Shown here in pieces: positions 28,318 through 38,399 of a stretch of DNA of 64,000 bases (its first letter is position 1; each line of letters begins with the position of its first letter). Origin of the DNA: Flavobacteriales bacterium (lineage in GTDB: Bacteria; Bacteroidota; Bacteroidia; Flavobacteriales_E; Vicingaceae); assembly GCA_026196775.1 (NCBI GenBank), contig JAPHUD010000031.1:4291-68290 (forward strand), written 5' to 3'. The position numbers were made by a program, and so were the translations under genes. The notes below the pieces were generated by a model. That model saw only the letters and a program-made list of their open reading frames with translations. It had not been told where the DNA came from and made no database searches.

Positions 28318-28325
28318 CAAAATTA
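28318..28325 (-). promoter_or_regulatory. -7 box TAatTTTG for the SCO gene
   Basis: The + strand reads caaaatta, 25 nt upstream of ATG 28292. Confidence 0.35.
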
Positions 28326-28351
28326 CACAGAAAAGACGTTAAAACTTTACT

Positions 28352-28359
28352 TATCTTTG
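28352..28359 (+). promoter_or_regulatory. -7 box TAtcTTTG for the AI-2E transporter gene
   Basis: tatctttg lies 31 nt upstream of ATG 28391, divergent from the SCO promoter. Confidence 0.4.
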
Positions 28360-28390
28360 AGCAAATAAGAACCTAGCATTTAAATTTAAT

Positions 28391-29515
28391 ATGAATATCT
28401 CCTTTCAAAAGTTATTTTTTGCCCTTGCAACAAGTTGTTTGTTATTTGTTGTGCTAATTTTTGCAAAATCTATTCTTATTCCCTTAGCTTTTGCTTTATT
28501 TTTATCTTTTATTTTATTTCCGCTTGCCAAACGGTTTGAACGATGGGGAATGAACGATTTAATTGCTGCCTTTTTATCTATTTTTATCGTATTTTTAGTA
28601 TTAAGTGGAGGTATTTATATCTTTTCAGCACAACTTATAGGTTTATCTAAAGAGCTTACAGATTTTCAGGAAAAAGTATTAGATGTAATTGCTAACGTAA
28701 CAGTTTACATTAATAATAACATCAATTTTGTTGAAGACTTAAACAAAGACCAACTACTGGCAGAAAACAGAGGTTGGCTTCAAAAAACTGTGGGAACATT
28801 AGCTCAACAAACATTTAATAGCACTGCTAATTTTATAACCGGCTTATTTGCCACCATCATTTTTACTTTTTTAATTTTAATTTACCGAAAAGGCTTAACC
28901 AAAGGCTTTGTAGCTTTTGCAGCAAAAGAGAACCGCAACCGTGTGTTTAAGATGTTAAAATCTGTTCAGCAAGTTGGTCAGCAATATTTATTTGGAATGA
29001 TTTTACTAATTATTATTATTGGTTTAGCCAACAGTTTTGGATTAATGATCATTGGCGTTGACCATCCGTTTTTGTTTGGATTTTTTGCAGCCACACTTTC
29101 TATCATTCCTTACATAGGAACTGCATTTGGTGCCATAATTCCAATTTTATACACCATGATGGCGTATAGTTCTTTTTTTATGGGAGCACAAGTTGCTATA
29201 CTTTTTTGGGCAGTTCAATTGGTTACCGATAACTTTTTAAGTCCTAAAATTGTTGGTGGAAGTTTAAAAGTTAATGCCTTAACTACTATTTTAAGTTTAA
29301 TTATTGGTGCTACTATTTGGGGAGTTGCAGGTATGGTGTTATTCTTACCATTTGCCGCTATGCTTAAAGTAGTTTGTCAAGAGTTTGATACACTAAAACC
29401 AATTGCCTTATTAATAGGAACTCAAGACAAAGAAGAAGAAAACAAAGAGCCTTTTATAAGTAAATGGAAGAGGAAAATTAGTGTGTGGAAAAAGAAACTT
29501 TCTAAGTCAAAATAA
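28391..29515 (+). CDS. AI-2E (PerM/UPF0118) family transporter
   Basis: 374 aa with about 8 TM helices and the characteristic C-terminal half (...IPYIGTAFGAIIP..., FLSPKIVG). Confidence 0.85.
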   Translation: MNISFQKLFFALATSCLLFVVLIFAKSILIPLAFALFLSFILFPLAKRFERWGMNDLIAAFLSIFIVFLVLSGGIYIFSAQLIGLSKELTDFQEKVLDVIANVTVYINNNINFVEDLNKDQLLAENRGWLQKTVGTLAQQTFNSTANFITGLFATIIFTFLILIYRKGLTKGFVAFAAKENRNRVFKMLKSVQQVGQQYLFGMILLIIIIGLANSFGLMIIGVDHPFLFGFFAATLSIIPYIGTAFGAIIPILYTMMAYSSFFMGAQVAILFWAVQLVTDNFLSPKIVGGSLKVNALTTILSLIIGATIWGVAGMVLFLPFAAMLKVVCQEFDTLKPIALLIGTQDKEEENKEPFISKWKRKISVWKKKLSKSK

Positions 29516-29518
29516 AAA

Positions 29519-29546
29519 TTCCAACAAGCTTTTTAGCTTGTTGGAA
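29519..29546. terminator. Hairpin between convergent genes (12-bp perfect stem)
   Basis: ttccaacaagct (29519-29530), loop tttt, agcttgttggaa (29535-29546). The A-run upstream gives a U-run for the minus-strand transcript. Confidence 0.65.
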
Positions 29547-29572
29547 TCAAAAAGTAAATGTAAAATTTTATT

Positions 29573-32386
29573 TTAAAACAAGTAACTCAAGCTTACTCCG
29601 TAAGTTCTTCCTAATTGGTAAGAATTGAATGTATATTCTACATCTTTATAAACCTGTGTTTGTTTTACAATAGGATTTAATAAGTTAGAGGCCGAAAGTC
29701 TTAGTTTAAAATGATCCCCTAAAGTTTTGGTTAAGTTAATATTTAACTGATGTACTGGTTGAGCTTTTACATTAGGCGTTGCATCTACTACCACTAAGGT
29801 AATTTTTTCTCCAGCAACATTGTAGTTTAAGTTTACAGATAACCCTAATGAATCACTGTTATATCCAATAAAAGCATTAATAATGTAAGGCGATTGACCG
29901 TACATTTCTCTTGTACTTGCAGCACTTGGATCTTGAGCTCTTATTAACTCTAATTGTTGTTTATCAATATCTACTTTTGAACTAATTAATGAAAAGTTTC
30001 CTCCTATGCTAAATTGTTGTTTATCGTTTGATATAAAGTTCAATTGTTTTTTTACTTCCACCTCAGCTCCGTAAAGTTTGCCATTATTTACATTTCTCCA
30101 TGTTAACTCATCATTTTGAGCTTGTGTGTTAAATACAAATTCAATAGGATTAGTAAAATTTTTATAAAATACTCCAAAGGAAACCAATTCTCCTAAATTT
30201 GGAAATAATTCAAATCTTAAATCAAAATTATCCACCAATGTTCTGTCTAATTCTGGATTACCAATAATAATCCAGTTAGCAGCAAAATCGTAAGATGCAA
30301 AGCCGGAAATTTCTCTAAAAGTAGGTCTTGCCAATGTTCTAGAATAAGCCGCTCTTAAGTTTGTTTTAGAAGAAAGAGCATAAGAGGTATTAATGGCAGG
30401 TAAAATGTCCACACTTTCCAACAGACCTGCTTGTTGTGTTTCATCAGCACTTACACTTGTAATATAAGTAGTTTCTAATCTTGCACCACCAATAACTCTT
30501 AGTTTTTTAGTAGCCCAAACATCTCCCATTAAATATCCAGCAGTAATAATTTGTTCCCCTACATAGTTATTTCTTTTTTCAGAAGCATCTTCCATATAAA
30601 TATACTGAGAAACAGGATTTCCAGGTGATGGCAAAATCATGTTTTCATCTGCTAAATAATCAGCAACACTTCCCGTAAACATGTTAGCCCCTTGTTTTCT
30701 ATAATTATATCTAAACTCACTTAATGTTCTATCTTGATATAAATAAGCTCCACCAAATTTAATTTTTGATGACTTACCATCTTTTTCAACCATAGTAAAC
30801 TCTAAGTTCATTTTGGCATCAAAAGTAGATTGATCTAAATATCTGTAAAAACGAGCAGGGGCTGGGTAAGCCGAAGTGTTTATACTGTAAGTAGTATCAT
30901 TATCTGTACTAATCGTATAGTCATTAGAAAAATAACGTTGGTCTGGCGTATATTGAGATGATGTAGAGTAAGCTGTTAGCCAATCAATCTTAAGTTTCTT
31001 CAAACTTTCAACATAATGATCTCCTTTTAATTGATAACTGGTTAACTGTCTTTCTTGGTATGACAAACTTCTTGTTTGGTAATGTAAGCCTTGATCTTCT
31101 TTCGGGAAAATACCTTCTTGGAAAGTAGTTTCTTTAGTGCCACTTTGGTTACGAACATACGTTAAACTCAGTTTGTTGTTTTTTCCTATTTTATAAGAAA
31201 GGTTTCCTAACGCTCCCATCAATACTTCTTCTTGAGATTTAATATCGTTTAATTCTTGTTGTGTAATTAATTCTTCCACCTCATCAACACTCCCTGTTAA
31301 GCTGTATCTTCCTGAAAATGCATTTTGTTGTTTGTGTACAAACTCTTTTGAGTAAGAAAGTCCAGCAACAAAACCAAGTGTATTTCCAAAAACTGTTTTT
31401 TGATTTCCTACAGATAAGGAATAACGTTGGTTGATTGATGATGGTGACTCCACACCTTCCATTTCTTTACTGAAAGATTTAGTAACGGTTTCCAACTGAG
31501 CATTAATTACAAACAAAGGAGGAACACCACCGTTCAATATCGGATCAGGAATATCTCTACCTCCATCATCTTTACCAAATAATTCAGAGGAAGCTCCCCC
31601 ATGAGACAAAAATTGGTCGTTAAAACTAGAGAAGGTATTATAGCTAACCCCCGCAGAAAATTGTAAAGTAAATTTTTCAGGAAAATCTTTCGTTTCAATG
31701 TTTAACAATCCACCAGTAAAACTTCCCGGTAAATCAGGAGAGAATGATTTTACTACCGTCATGTTTTCAATCATGTTGGTAGGAAATAAATCTAATTCCA
31801 CCGCATTTTTATTAGGGTCTAATCCGGGAATTTCTGCTCCGTTAAGGGTTGTTTTGCTGTATCTATCACTCAACCCTCTTACATAAACATACTTACCACC
31901 TTCAATGGTTACACCAGTAACTCTTTTTGCAGCACTTGCCACATCATTATCGCCTCTTTTGGTAATTTCTTGAGCAGTAATCCCTTCCATCACTGTTGCT
32001 GACTTTTGTTTCACTTTTAGCATATAGTTTTCTGAGCTTCTTACTGCTTTTGCTTCCACAACAAAGTCAGATAAGGCCACAGAAGAGTTTTGTAAAGAGA
32101 AATTATGCATTACTACCTGGTTATCAACTACATTAATTTCTATAGAATCAGAGTTAAAAGAAATATAAGAACAGATAATAGTTTGTTTTCCTGTAGGAGC
32201 ATTTTTTATAAAGTAATTTCCTTCAAAATCAACAACAGAACCTATAGAAGTTCCTTTAACAAAAACAGTTGCACCAATAAGTTCTTCTGCAGACTCTGAG
32301 CTAACTACTTTTCCTTTAATAATTCCTTGTGAAAAAGCTGCTGTTGTTATTAATATTAAACTAAAAGTGGATACTAATTTCTTCAT
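29573..32386 (-). CDS. TonB-dependent receptor with an N-terminal CarboxypepD_reg-like domain
   Basis: Signal peptide, GIIKGKVVSSESAEELIGATVFVKGT, plug region, and a long barrel ending in ...GVSLSYLF. No SusD-like gene is adjacent. Confidence 0.85.
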   Translation of the reverse strand: MKKLVSTFSLILITTAAFSQGIIKGKVVSSESAEELIGATVFVKGTSIGSVVDFEGNYFIKNAPTGKQTIICSYISFNSDSIEINVVDNQVVMHNFSLQNSSVALSDFVVEAKAVRSSENYMLKVKQKSATVMEGITAQEITKRGDNDVASAAKRVTGVTIEGGKYVYVRGLSDRYSKTTLNGAEIPGLDPNKNAVELDLFPTNMIENMTVVKSFSPDLPGSFTGGLLNIETKDFPEKFTLQFSAGVSYNTFSSFNDQFLSHGGASSELFGKDDGGRDIPDPILNGGVPPLFVINAQLETVTKSFSKEMEGVESPSSINQRYSLSVGNQKTVFGNTLGFVAGLSYSKEFVHKQQNAFSGRYSLTGSVDEVEELITQQELNDIKSQEEVLMGALGNLSYKIGKNNKLSLTYVRNQSGTKETTFQEGIFPKEDQGLHYQTRSLSYQERQLTSYQLKGDHYVESLKKLKIDWLTAYSTSSQYTPDQRYFSNDYTISTDNDTTYSINTSAYPAPARFYRYLDQSTFDAKMNLEFTMVEKDGKSSKIKFGGAYLYQDRTLSEFRYNYRKQGANMFTGSVADYLADENMILPSPGNPVSQYIYMEDASEKRNNYVGEQIITAGYLMGDVWATKKLRVIGGARLETTYITSVSADETQQAGLLESVDILPAINTSYALSSKTNLRAAYSRTLARPTFREISGFASYDFAANWIIIGNPELDRTLVDNFDLRFELFPNLGELVSFGVFYKNFTNPIEFVFNTQAQNDELTWRNVNNGKLYGAEVEVKKQLNFISNDKQQFSIGGNFSLISSKVDIDKQQLELIRAQDPSAASTREMYGQSPYIINAFIGYNSDSLGLSVNLNYNVAGEKITLVVVDATPNVKAQPVHQLNINLTKTLGDHFKLRLSASNLLNPIVKQTQVYKDVEYTFNSYQLGRTYGVSLSYLF

Positions 32387-32709
32387 TTTTTATCATTATT
32401 ATTTGATAGTGCAAAGGAATTAGAACACTTTAAATGAGACGTTAATCGAATGTTACGATAGTGTTATTTTCTAATGATTTTTACTGTTGTTTTGTGTAAA
32501 AATGTCAATTTAAAATGATTTGATTCATTATTAGAAAAACACTAAAACCATTAAAAACAAGGGATGTATAATTTTTTTTGAATATTAATTAATTGTTAAG
32601 GCAGTTTATGTTTTTATTTGCCTTTATATAATGGGAGCTATTTTTTGATTAAAAGTGTGAAAAAATTGTACAGCTCATCATTTTTTATATCTATGCGGCT
32701 AAAGATTAG

Positions 32710-32717
32710 TATGTTTG
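32710..32717 (+). promoter_or_regulatory. -7 box TAtgTTTG for the WD40-caspase gene
   Basis: tatgtttg lies 29 nt upstream of ATG 32747. This supports the downstream start. Confidence 0.4.
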
Positions 32718-32746
32718 TATATAAAAATAGCTTCATTCTACTTTCC

Positions 32747-35062
32747 ATGAAAAAATTAATTGTCCTTTGTATTTTATGTACGCTTTTGCCTCAAGCTTTT
32801 TTGGCTCAAATCACATTAAACGAAAGCAAAGTAATAGAAAGCAATGGCTACATTATGGAGGCTCAGTATTCGCCTTTTCAAACCTACTTTGCCTACACTT
32901 CCGATAAAAACAAAGTATTTCTTTTTGATCAATTCCATAATTTACTTTACTCGCATGTTGGCGATACGCTTTACGATAGGTCTTCATGCAAAATAGCTTT
33001 CTCTCCCAACGAAAAATATTTGCTTATTGGTAGGTTTAATTCCATTGGCGACATTGCTGTTTATAATCTTATTTCTCAGAAAGTAGAACAGTTAATTACT
33101 GCCCACAGCGATAGGATTGTAACCATCAACTTTAATCATCAAGGCAATCGTTTTGTTTCTACCAGCATAGATAATTCGGCTAAAATATTTGAATTAAAAG
33201 ATGATAAATGGATAGAAATTCAAGAGATAAAAGGCGAAAAAAGAGTTTACGATGCTGTTTTTTCCTATAAAGATGAATTTTTAATGCTATGTGGCGAAGC
33301 AGCCAACATAAGCGTGTATCAACAAGATAATGAAGCTTACAAACTCTTGCAAACACTTCCTACTACACATTGGGGATTGAATTATTTAGATGTTCATCCT
33401 TACGAAAACACATTTATTGCTGGCACTTCTGACAAAATTTGGGAGTATCAACTCACGGGTAAAAACTTTACTTTGCAAGATTCCTTAATAGTAAAAATTG
33501 GCAGAATAAAAGATGTTAAATATTCCCCCGATGGAAAAAGTATAGCCGTAGCAAATGGTTCCATCATCGAAATGTATTTAAAACAAAAAAACAGTTGGAC
33601 AGAAGGTAAAAAATTTCCTAGACACAATGCGTATATCTTATCGTTAAACTACAGTTTAGATGGTAAAAAGTTAGTAAGTTGCGGAGAAGATAAAACAGCC
33701 ATTATTTGGGATGTTAAAGGCATTAGCGGTTCTAAGTTTTCTAAAATAGTGGCTTATTTGGGCAATAGCTTAACCTTTTCGCAAAAAAGCATACTTACAG
33801 AAGATTTTTCTAGAGAAATAATAAAAAGCTTGGATAAAAATTTAGCTGCACCCAAAGATGAGTTTGAGACCAGCAAAGAGTATTGGGAAAGATTGCTAAA
33901 AGCCCGCTCGGTTATTTTAGCAAAAATTCAGGAAAAACAAGAAGCTACTTTTGGTTTTTCAAAAGCATCAGCTGACTCACAAGCAAAATTAAAATTGAAG
34001 TTAAAAAAATACGATGCAGATAAAGAAATTTATCACATAGAATTTTGCAATACCGAAGCTACTGTTGCTATTCCCAGAGCAGAAGCCAAAGAACTGAAAA
34101 CTAATGCTAACAAGGCATTAATTGCTGTAAATAAAATCCAAAAGAAGGATGATATACATTTTGAATACAGTAATTTTAGGGTAATACACCCAAGCATAAA
34201 AAAAACTTACGAGGTTAGTTCATCGGAAAACCCATTCAATTTTGAACACCTAAAAAAACAAAAAGCTGCTGAAGGTACAACATCATCTATTATATTGCCT
34301 GCCGACCAAACTGCACAAAAAGACACTATAAAAAAGCAAACTAATTATGCTCTTTTAATTGCTATTGGAGAGTATGATGCTTTTGATAATTTAGTAAATC
34401 CTACTATTGATGTGGGAGAAATAGCCAAAGATTTATCGCAGGATTATGGTTATGTGGTAGAAGTGCTAAGCAATCCCAAGCTGGACGATATCCTTAAAAA
34501 ACTGAAAACCTACGCCATGATTCCTTATGGAGAAAACGACCAGTTGTTTATCTTTTTTGCCGGACATGGATATTACGATGATGTTTTTAAAGAAGGTTAT
34601 TTAATCGCCAAAGATTCTAAAGCAGATGATATTGCTCACACTTCATTTTTATCACACAGCAATTTACGAACAGTAGTAAATAATATTCCTTGCGAACATA
34701 TTTTTTTAAGCTTAGATGCTTGTTTTGGGGGAACTTTCGATCCGATAATTGCTTCTGCAAGTCGCTCTACAGGCATGTATAAAGATGTAGAAAAAGAAGA
34801 CTTTATCCAACGCAAAATGAAGTATAAAACCCGATTGTACTTAAGCTCTGGAGGAAAAGAATATGTGCCTGATGGTCGTCCGGGACAACACTCGCCTTTT
34901 ACCCGTAAATTTTTGGAAGCTTTGAGAAGTTACGGTGGTGAAGACGGTATTTTAACCGTAAACGAAATTCTATCTTACATAGAAAAAGTTGTTCCTCAAC
35001 CCCGATTTGGAGAGTTTGGCAACAACGAACCCGGCAGTGACTTTTTGTTTATTAAGAAGTAG
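32747..35062 (+). CDS. Exported WD40-repeat protein fused to a caspase-like (peptidase C14) domain
   Basis: Start moved to ATG 32747 (MKKLIVLCILCTLLPQAFLAQ). WD40-like blades (e.g. SCGEDKTAIIWDV). The C-terminal domain from 34343 has the dyad contexts FIFFAGHG (His 34565-34567) and LSLDACFGG (Cys 34721-34723). Confidence 0.8.
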   Translation: MKKLIVLCILCTLLPQAFLAQITLNESKVIESNGYIMEAQYSPFQTYFAYTSDKNKVFLFDQFHNLLYSHVGDTLYDRSSCKIAFSPNEKYLLIGRFNSIGDIAVYNLISQKVEQLITAHSDRIVTINFNHQGNRFVSTSIDNSAKIFELKDDKWIEIQEIKGEKRVYDAVFSYKDEFLMLCGEAANISVYQQDNEAYKLLQTLPTTHWGLNYLDVHPYENTFIAGTSDKIWEYQLTGKNFTLQDSLIVKIGRIKDVKYSPDGKSIAVANGSIIEMYLKQKNSWTEGKKFPRHNAYILSLNYSLDGKKLVSCGEDKTAIIWDVKGISGSKFSKIVAYLGNSLTFSQKSILTEDFSREIIKSLDKNLAAPKDEFETSKEYWERLLKARSVILAKIQEKQEATFGFSKASADSQAKLKLKLKKYDADKEIYHIEFCNTEATVAIPRAEAKELKTNANKALIAVNKIQKKDDIHFEYSNFRVIHPSIKKTYEVSSSENPFNFEHLKKQKAAEGTTSSIILPADQTAQKDTIKKQTNYALLIAIGEYDAFDNLVNPTIDVGEIAKDLSQDYGYVVEVLSNPKLDDILKKLKTYAMIPYGENDQLFIFFAGHGYYDDVFKEGYLIAKDSKADDIAHTSFLSHSNLRTVVNNIPCEHIFLSLDACFGGTFDPIIASASRSTGMYKDVEKEDFIQRKMKYKTRLYLSSGGKEYVPDGRPGQHSPFTRKFLEALRSYGGEDGILTVNEILSYIEKVVPQPRFGEFGNNEPGSDFLFIKK

Positions 35063-35078
35063 CTTGTTTAAAATTAGA

Positions 35079-35113
35079 ACACAGATGAAACGGATTATAC
35101 GGATTTACACAGA
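35079..35113. repeat. Nested direct-repeat element acacaga-tgaa-acggatt-at-acggatt-t-acacaga
   Basis: acacaga at 35079-35085 and 35107-35113; acggatt at 35090-35096 and 35099-35105. It is more G+C-rich than its surroundings and lies between convergent genes. Confidence 0.5.
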
Positions 35114-35131
35114 AAAAATCTTGTTAACCCA

Positions 35132-35854
35132 TCAACCCTTATCAGCTATAAAATAATACTCTGTATTATCGTTAAATAACTTACAAAATTGTTCATTGGT
35201 TAAAGGAGCTTTTTGTGTTATCCAATTGCTTAAGGTAAACACTTTTAAACCTATCTCGTTCGTTAAAAAAGAATGAATATCTTTTGCTTTAGTGTTATAA
35301 TATTCCGTTGCTCCGAGCCCACATTCAAACAATATGGTAGGTTGATTTTTAAGAAGTAACTCCTTACCTCCTTGCATTACATCAAACTCACCGCCTTCTA
35401 CATCAATTTTAATAAAATGGATAGGAAGATCTGTTGGAATAACATCATCTAAGCGTTTTACTTCTACATCAATTTTTTCAATATCAGGATTCTCAATAGC
35501 GTATTTTCTTTTGTTTAACCCACTATATGCCGGAGCATTTTTCACATAATGAAAAGTAGTTGTTCCGTTTTCGGTAGATAAGGCATAAGGATATATAAAA
35601 GCATTTTCAGCATATTTTTCATTCAACACTTTATAAAAATCTGGGATAGGTTCAAAAGCAAAATGTTTTCCTTTTGGAGCGTGTTTTATTAATTCAGACA
35701 ATATTTCACCTTTGTGGCAACCAATATCAATCGTATTTGAATTGGGCAAAATTACTTTTTTGATGATTTTTTTGGTCAGGCGGTCGTAATGCAAGTTTTT
35801 GGTAACATCCAAATGAAAAAAATTGAGCAATCTGCGTATTACATCTTTGACCAT
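35132..35854 (-). CDS. FkbM-family methyltransferase
   Basis: SAM-binding IDIGCHKGE and the family-typical IKIDVEGGEFDVMQG. Confidence 0.8.
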   Translation of the reverse strand: MVKDVIRRLLNFFHLDVTKNLHYDRLTKKIIKKVILPNSNTIDIGCHKGEILSELIKHAPKGKHFAFEPIPDFYKVLNEKYAENAFIYPYALSTENGTTTFHYVKNAPAYSGLNKRKYAIENPDIEKIDVEVKRLDDVIPTDLPIHFIKIDVEGGEFDVMQGGKELLLKNQPTILFECGLGATEYYNTKAKDIHSFLTNEIGLKVFTLSNWITQKAPLTNEQFCKLFNDNTEYYFIADKG

Positions 35855-35885
35855 GAAAAGCGTAAAAATTTATTCAAAAAACGGA

Positions 35886-35893
35886 CAAAGATA
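35886..35893 (-). promoter_or_regulatory. -7 box TAtcTTTG for the FkbM methyltransferase gene
   Basis: The + strand reads caaagata, 31 nt upstream of ATG 35854. Confidence 0.4.
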
Positions 35894-35923
35894 AACTAAA
35901 TTGCATAAACAAATAGCTCTTTT

Positions 35924-36685
35924 TCAACGATTGCTTGCTTTGGTGTTAATTTGCACTAACAACACTTTAATTTTAGGGTGGTTAGCTATTTCCATTCTAT
36001 GCCAATGTTCTTTAATTGTTGATGAAAATTTAGTTTCATTTTCTGTTAACCACAATAATTTTTCTTGCTCAGGAAAGTGTTGCTGCATAATTTCATAATC
36101 ATGGTAAGAAGAAGAAATATAAGACAACTCAGGAAAAATATTAGCTTTTATTTGAATGATGTTTTTATTTAAATTTTCTTCGCTTAATTGGTATAACCCT
36201 GGCCAATGCAAATAATAGCTAGTTTGGAAACCACTTTTTGCAAATAGTTTCAACAACTCAGGTTGTGTTGCTTCTACAATAAATTGTTTTTTTGAAATGT
36301 TTAGTTCAGTACATAAAAAGGCTAATCTTTCTAATGCTTGTGAAGCATTCTCTGGAGATAAATTTTTGAAATCGAGCCAAAAGTTTAGGTCACTTTCCGT
36401 ATTTGATTTTAAATAGTCTAACAAATTTAAACCTATAGATTCTGCTGGAGGATGGTTAACATCAAAAACGTAAAGTGCTGAATTAAAAATTACATCTAAT
36501 TCTACTCCCGAAAATGTGGAGTTAACTTCTTGTAGTTTTTCAATACTATTTACTCTGTGCACCCAAATTTTATCAGCATGTAATTGCTTTAAAAGAAAAT
36601 CGGAAGTAACCCCCTGATAAGCAATTACTAATAGCGTTGCTAACACCACGCAAAAAATCAATGTTTTTTTAATAGAAAATTGCAT
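35924..36685 (-). CDS. Hypothetical membrane-anchored protein, possibly a PLC/GDPD-like phosphodiesterase
   Basis: N-terminal TM. HRVNSIEKL...GVELDVIF...FDVNH resembles the H-R-x-N / E-x-D / H pattern of the GDPD superfamily. The function is tentative; the ORF itself is solid. Its ATG directly abuts the upstream stop (TAAATG). Confidence 0.5.
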   Translation of the reverse strand: MQFSIKKTLIFCVVLATLLVIAYQGVTSDFLLKQLHADKIWVHRVNSIEKLQEVNSTFSGVELDVIFNSALYVFDVNHPPAESIGLNLLDYLKSNTESDLNFWLDFKNLSPENASQALERLAFLCTELNISKKQFIVEATQPELLKLFAKSGFQTSYYLHWPGLYQLSEENLNKNIIQIKANIFPELSYISSSYHDYEIMQQHFPEQEKLLWLTENETKFSSTIKEHWHRMEIANHPKIKVLLVQINTKASNR

Positions 36686-38383
36686 TTATTCAGTAGGTTT
36701 TATTTCAACATCAAAATCAATGTGCTGTTTTACAATTCTTTGTTTGGACTGAAAGTTCGGACTGAAAATACTGTTCTGACTTTGCATTCCTTCAAACGTA
36801 ATGCTTAAAATATCAGCCACACTATAAATAAAATCGTCTATCATATATTTTCTATCTGCAAAGCTTCTGTATTTTTCCAATTCGGACTTTTGATTGCTCC
36901 AAAATACAAAAGGAATTTCAAACATAGGATAACTACCTATGGCTTCACTATGTCCATTAAAATCAACAGTTTGATAAACATCTTCACCATGGTCGGACAA
37001 ATAAATCATTTGTTGTTTTTCATTTGGGGTAGCGTTCGCTTTTAACAACGAAATTATCTCACTAATTACAAAATCATTATATAAAACAGCATTATCATAT
37101 TGATTAATAGCATCAAAAGCTTGTTGTGTTCCAAATGGAGTTGAAGGAGTATCTTTAAACTGATTAAAATTTTCTGGATAACGATTTTTATATTGTGTAT
37201 GTGTTCCTAAAAGATGAACAAAAAGTACTTTTTTAGTATCTTTTGTCTTTAAGCTTTTTGCTACAATTGGTAGCACTCGCTCATCTAATGAACGCAATTC
37301 TTGTTCTCCACCTAAATTCGTAAAATAGGAATAGTCTGCTGCTTTTGCCACAATAGAAACCATAGTTTCATTTATCCCAACCGGAATTTGATTAGATATC
37401 CAATAGGTTTTGTAACCTGCTGTTTTTACTAATTGAATCAAACTGCCATATTCTTTGGCTTCAGGGTTGGCAGTAGTTGCAAAGGTAAGTACTTTTTCTA
37501 ATGAGGGAATAGTGTGCGTATGCGGACTGATAACATCGTTGAAAACTAACAATTCGTTTCTCAGTTTTGCCAGATTTGGTGTGGTATTTCTATAATAACC
37601 GTAAATTCCTAAATGATGCTTAGTAGTGGATTCACCAATAACAATAATAATTGTTTCTTTTAAATCATCTTCTTTTTTTACAACTGTTTTTAATTGCTTA
37701 CTTTTTTTTGATGCAGCAAAGAAATTTTTATATTTTTCAACTTCAATTTTATACCTTTCATATCCATTCAAAATTTGAAAAATAGCATGATATTTATGGT
37801 GATTAGCATTAAAATAAAGACTTGTTCCTATAACAAATAAAACTAAACCCAAAGCTATTTTTTTCCATACAGCATTTTGTGTTCTTACCCAAAGAGATTC
37901 TATAAATAAAACCAACTTACGGAAGTCATTAAAAACAGCTTTAAATGAACTTTTTAGTGTATATTGCTGAATCGCCTTATTAACTCCAATTAATATAAAA
38001 ACAGACGGTATTAACAATATTAGTAACCAAATAAAAATTTCTGTATTGAAATATTCTTTTAAATATTCGGAAGTTTCAGAAGAATTTGTTTCTATTAATA
38101 TAAAAGCAGTAGAAGGTGTAATTCGTTCCTTATAAATAGAAACATAAGCGACTTCAAAAAAAGTAATTACTAATGTGCTAAGATATATAAAACGCACATA
38201 AATAGAGCTTATTTTTTTATTGGAAATGAAATAAGCAACAAAATACAAAAGCAGGTGCAAAAAAATGATTCTTTCAGGTATAAAGGATTTTCCTGTTTTT
38301 TCTGAAACAACATAAGACAATACAAAAATTGGATATAGTAAAAATAAGTAGCTGTATTTAATTAAATGTCGATGGAAAGGCAT
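36686..38383 (-). CDS. Phosphoethanolamine transferase (sulfatase/alkaline-phosphatase superfamily, EptA-like)
   Basis: N-terminal multi-TM domain. The catalytic domain has IVIGESTTKHHLGIYGY, LLGTHTQY and YLSDHGE. Confidence 0.75.
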   Translation of the reverse strand: MPFHRHLIKYSYLFLLYPIFVLSYVVSEKTGKSFIPERIIFLHLLLYFVAYFISNKKISSIYVRFIYLSTLVITFFEVAYVSIYKERITPSTAFILIETNSSETSEYLKEYFNTEIFIWLLILLIPSVFILIGVNKAIQQYTLKSSFKAVFNDFRKLVLFIESLWVRTQNAVWKKIALGLVLFVIGTSLYFNANHHKYHAIFQILNGYERYKIEVEKYKNFFAASKKSKQLKTVVKKEDDLKETIIIVIGESTTKHHLGIYGYYRNTTPNLAKLRNELLVFNDVISPHTHTIPSLEKVLTFATTANPEAKEYGSLIQLVKTAGYKTYWISNQIPVGINETMVSIVAKAADYSYFTNLGGEQELRSLDERVLPIVAKSLKTKDTKKVLFVHLLGTHTQYKNRYPENFNQFKDTPSTPFGTQQAFDAINQYDNAVLYNDFVISEIISLLKANATPNEKQQMIYLSDHGEDVYQTVDFNGHSEAIGSYPMFEIPFVFWSNQKSELEKYRSFADRKYMIDDFIYSVADILSITFEGMQSQNSIFSPNFQSKQRIVKQHIDFDVEIKPTE

Positions 38384-38399
38384 TTATTACAATAATAAG

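Noticed and set aside
29573-32386. Polysaccharide utilisation locus (SusC/SusD pair)
   Set aside because: The TonB-dependent receptor has no adjacent SusD-like lipoprotein, glycoside hydrolase or regulator. The downstream neighbour is a convergent transporter gene. I also saw no B12-box or TPP-riboswitch motifs in its 360-nt upstream spacer.
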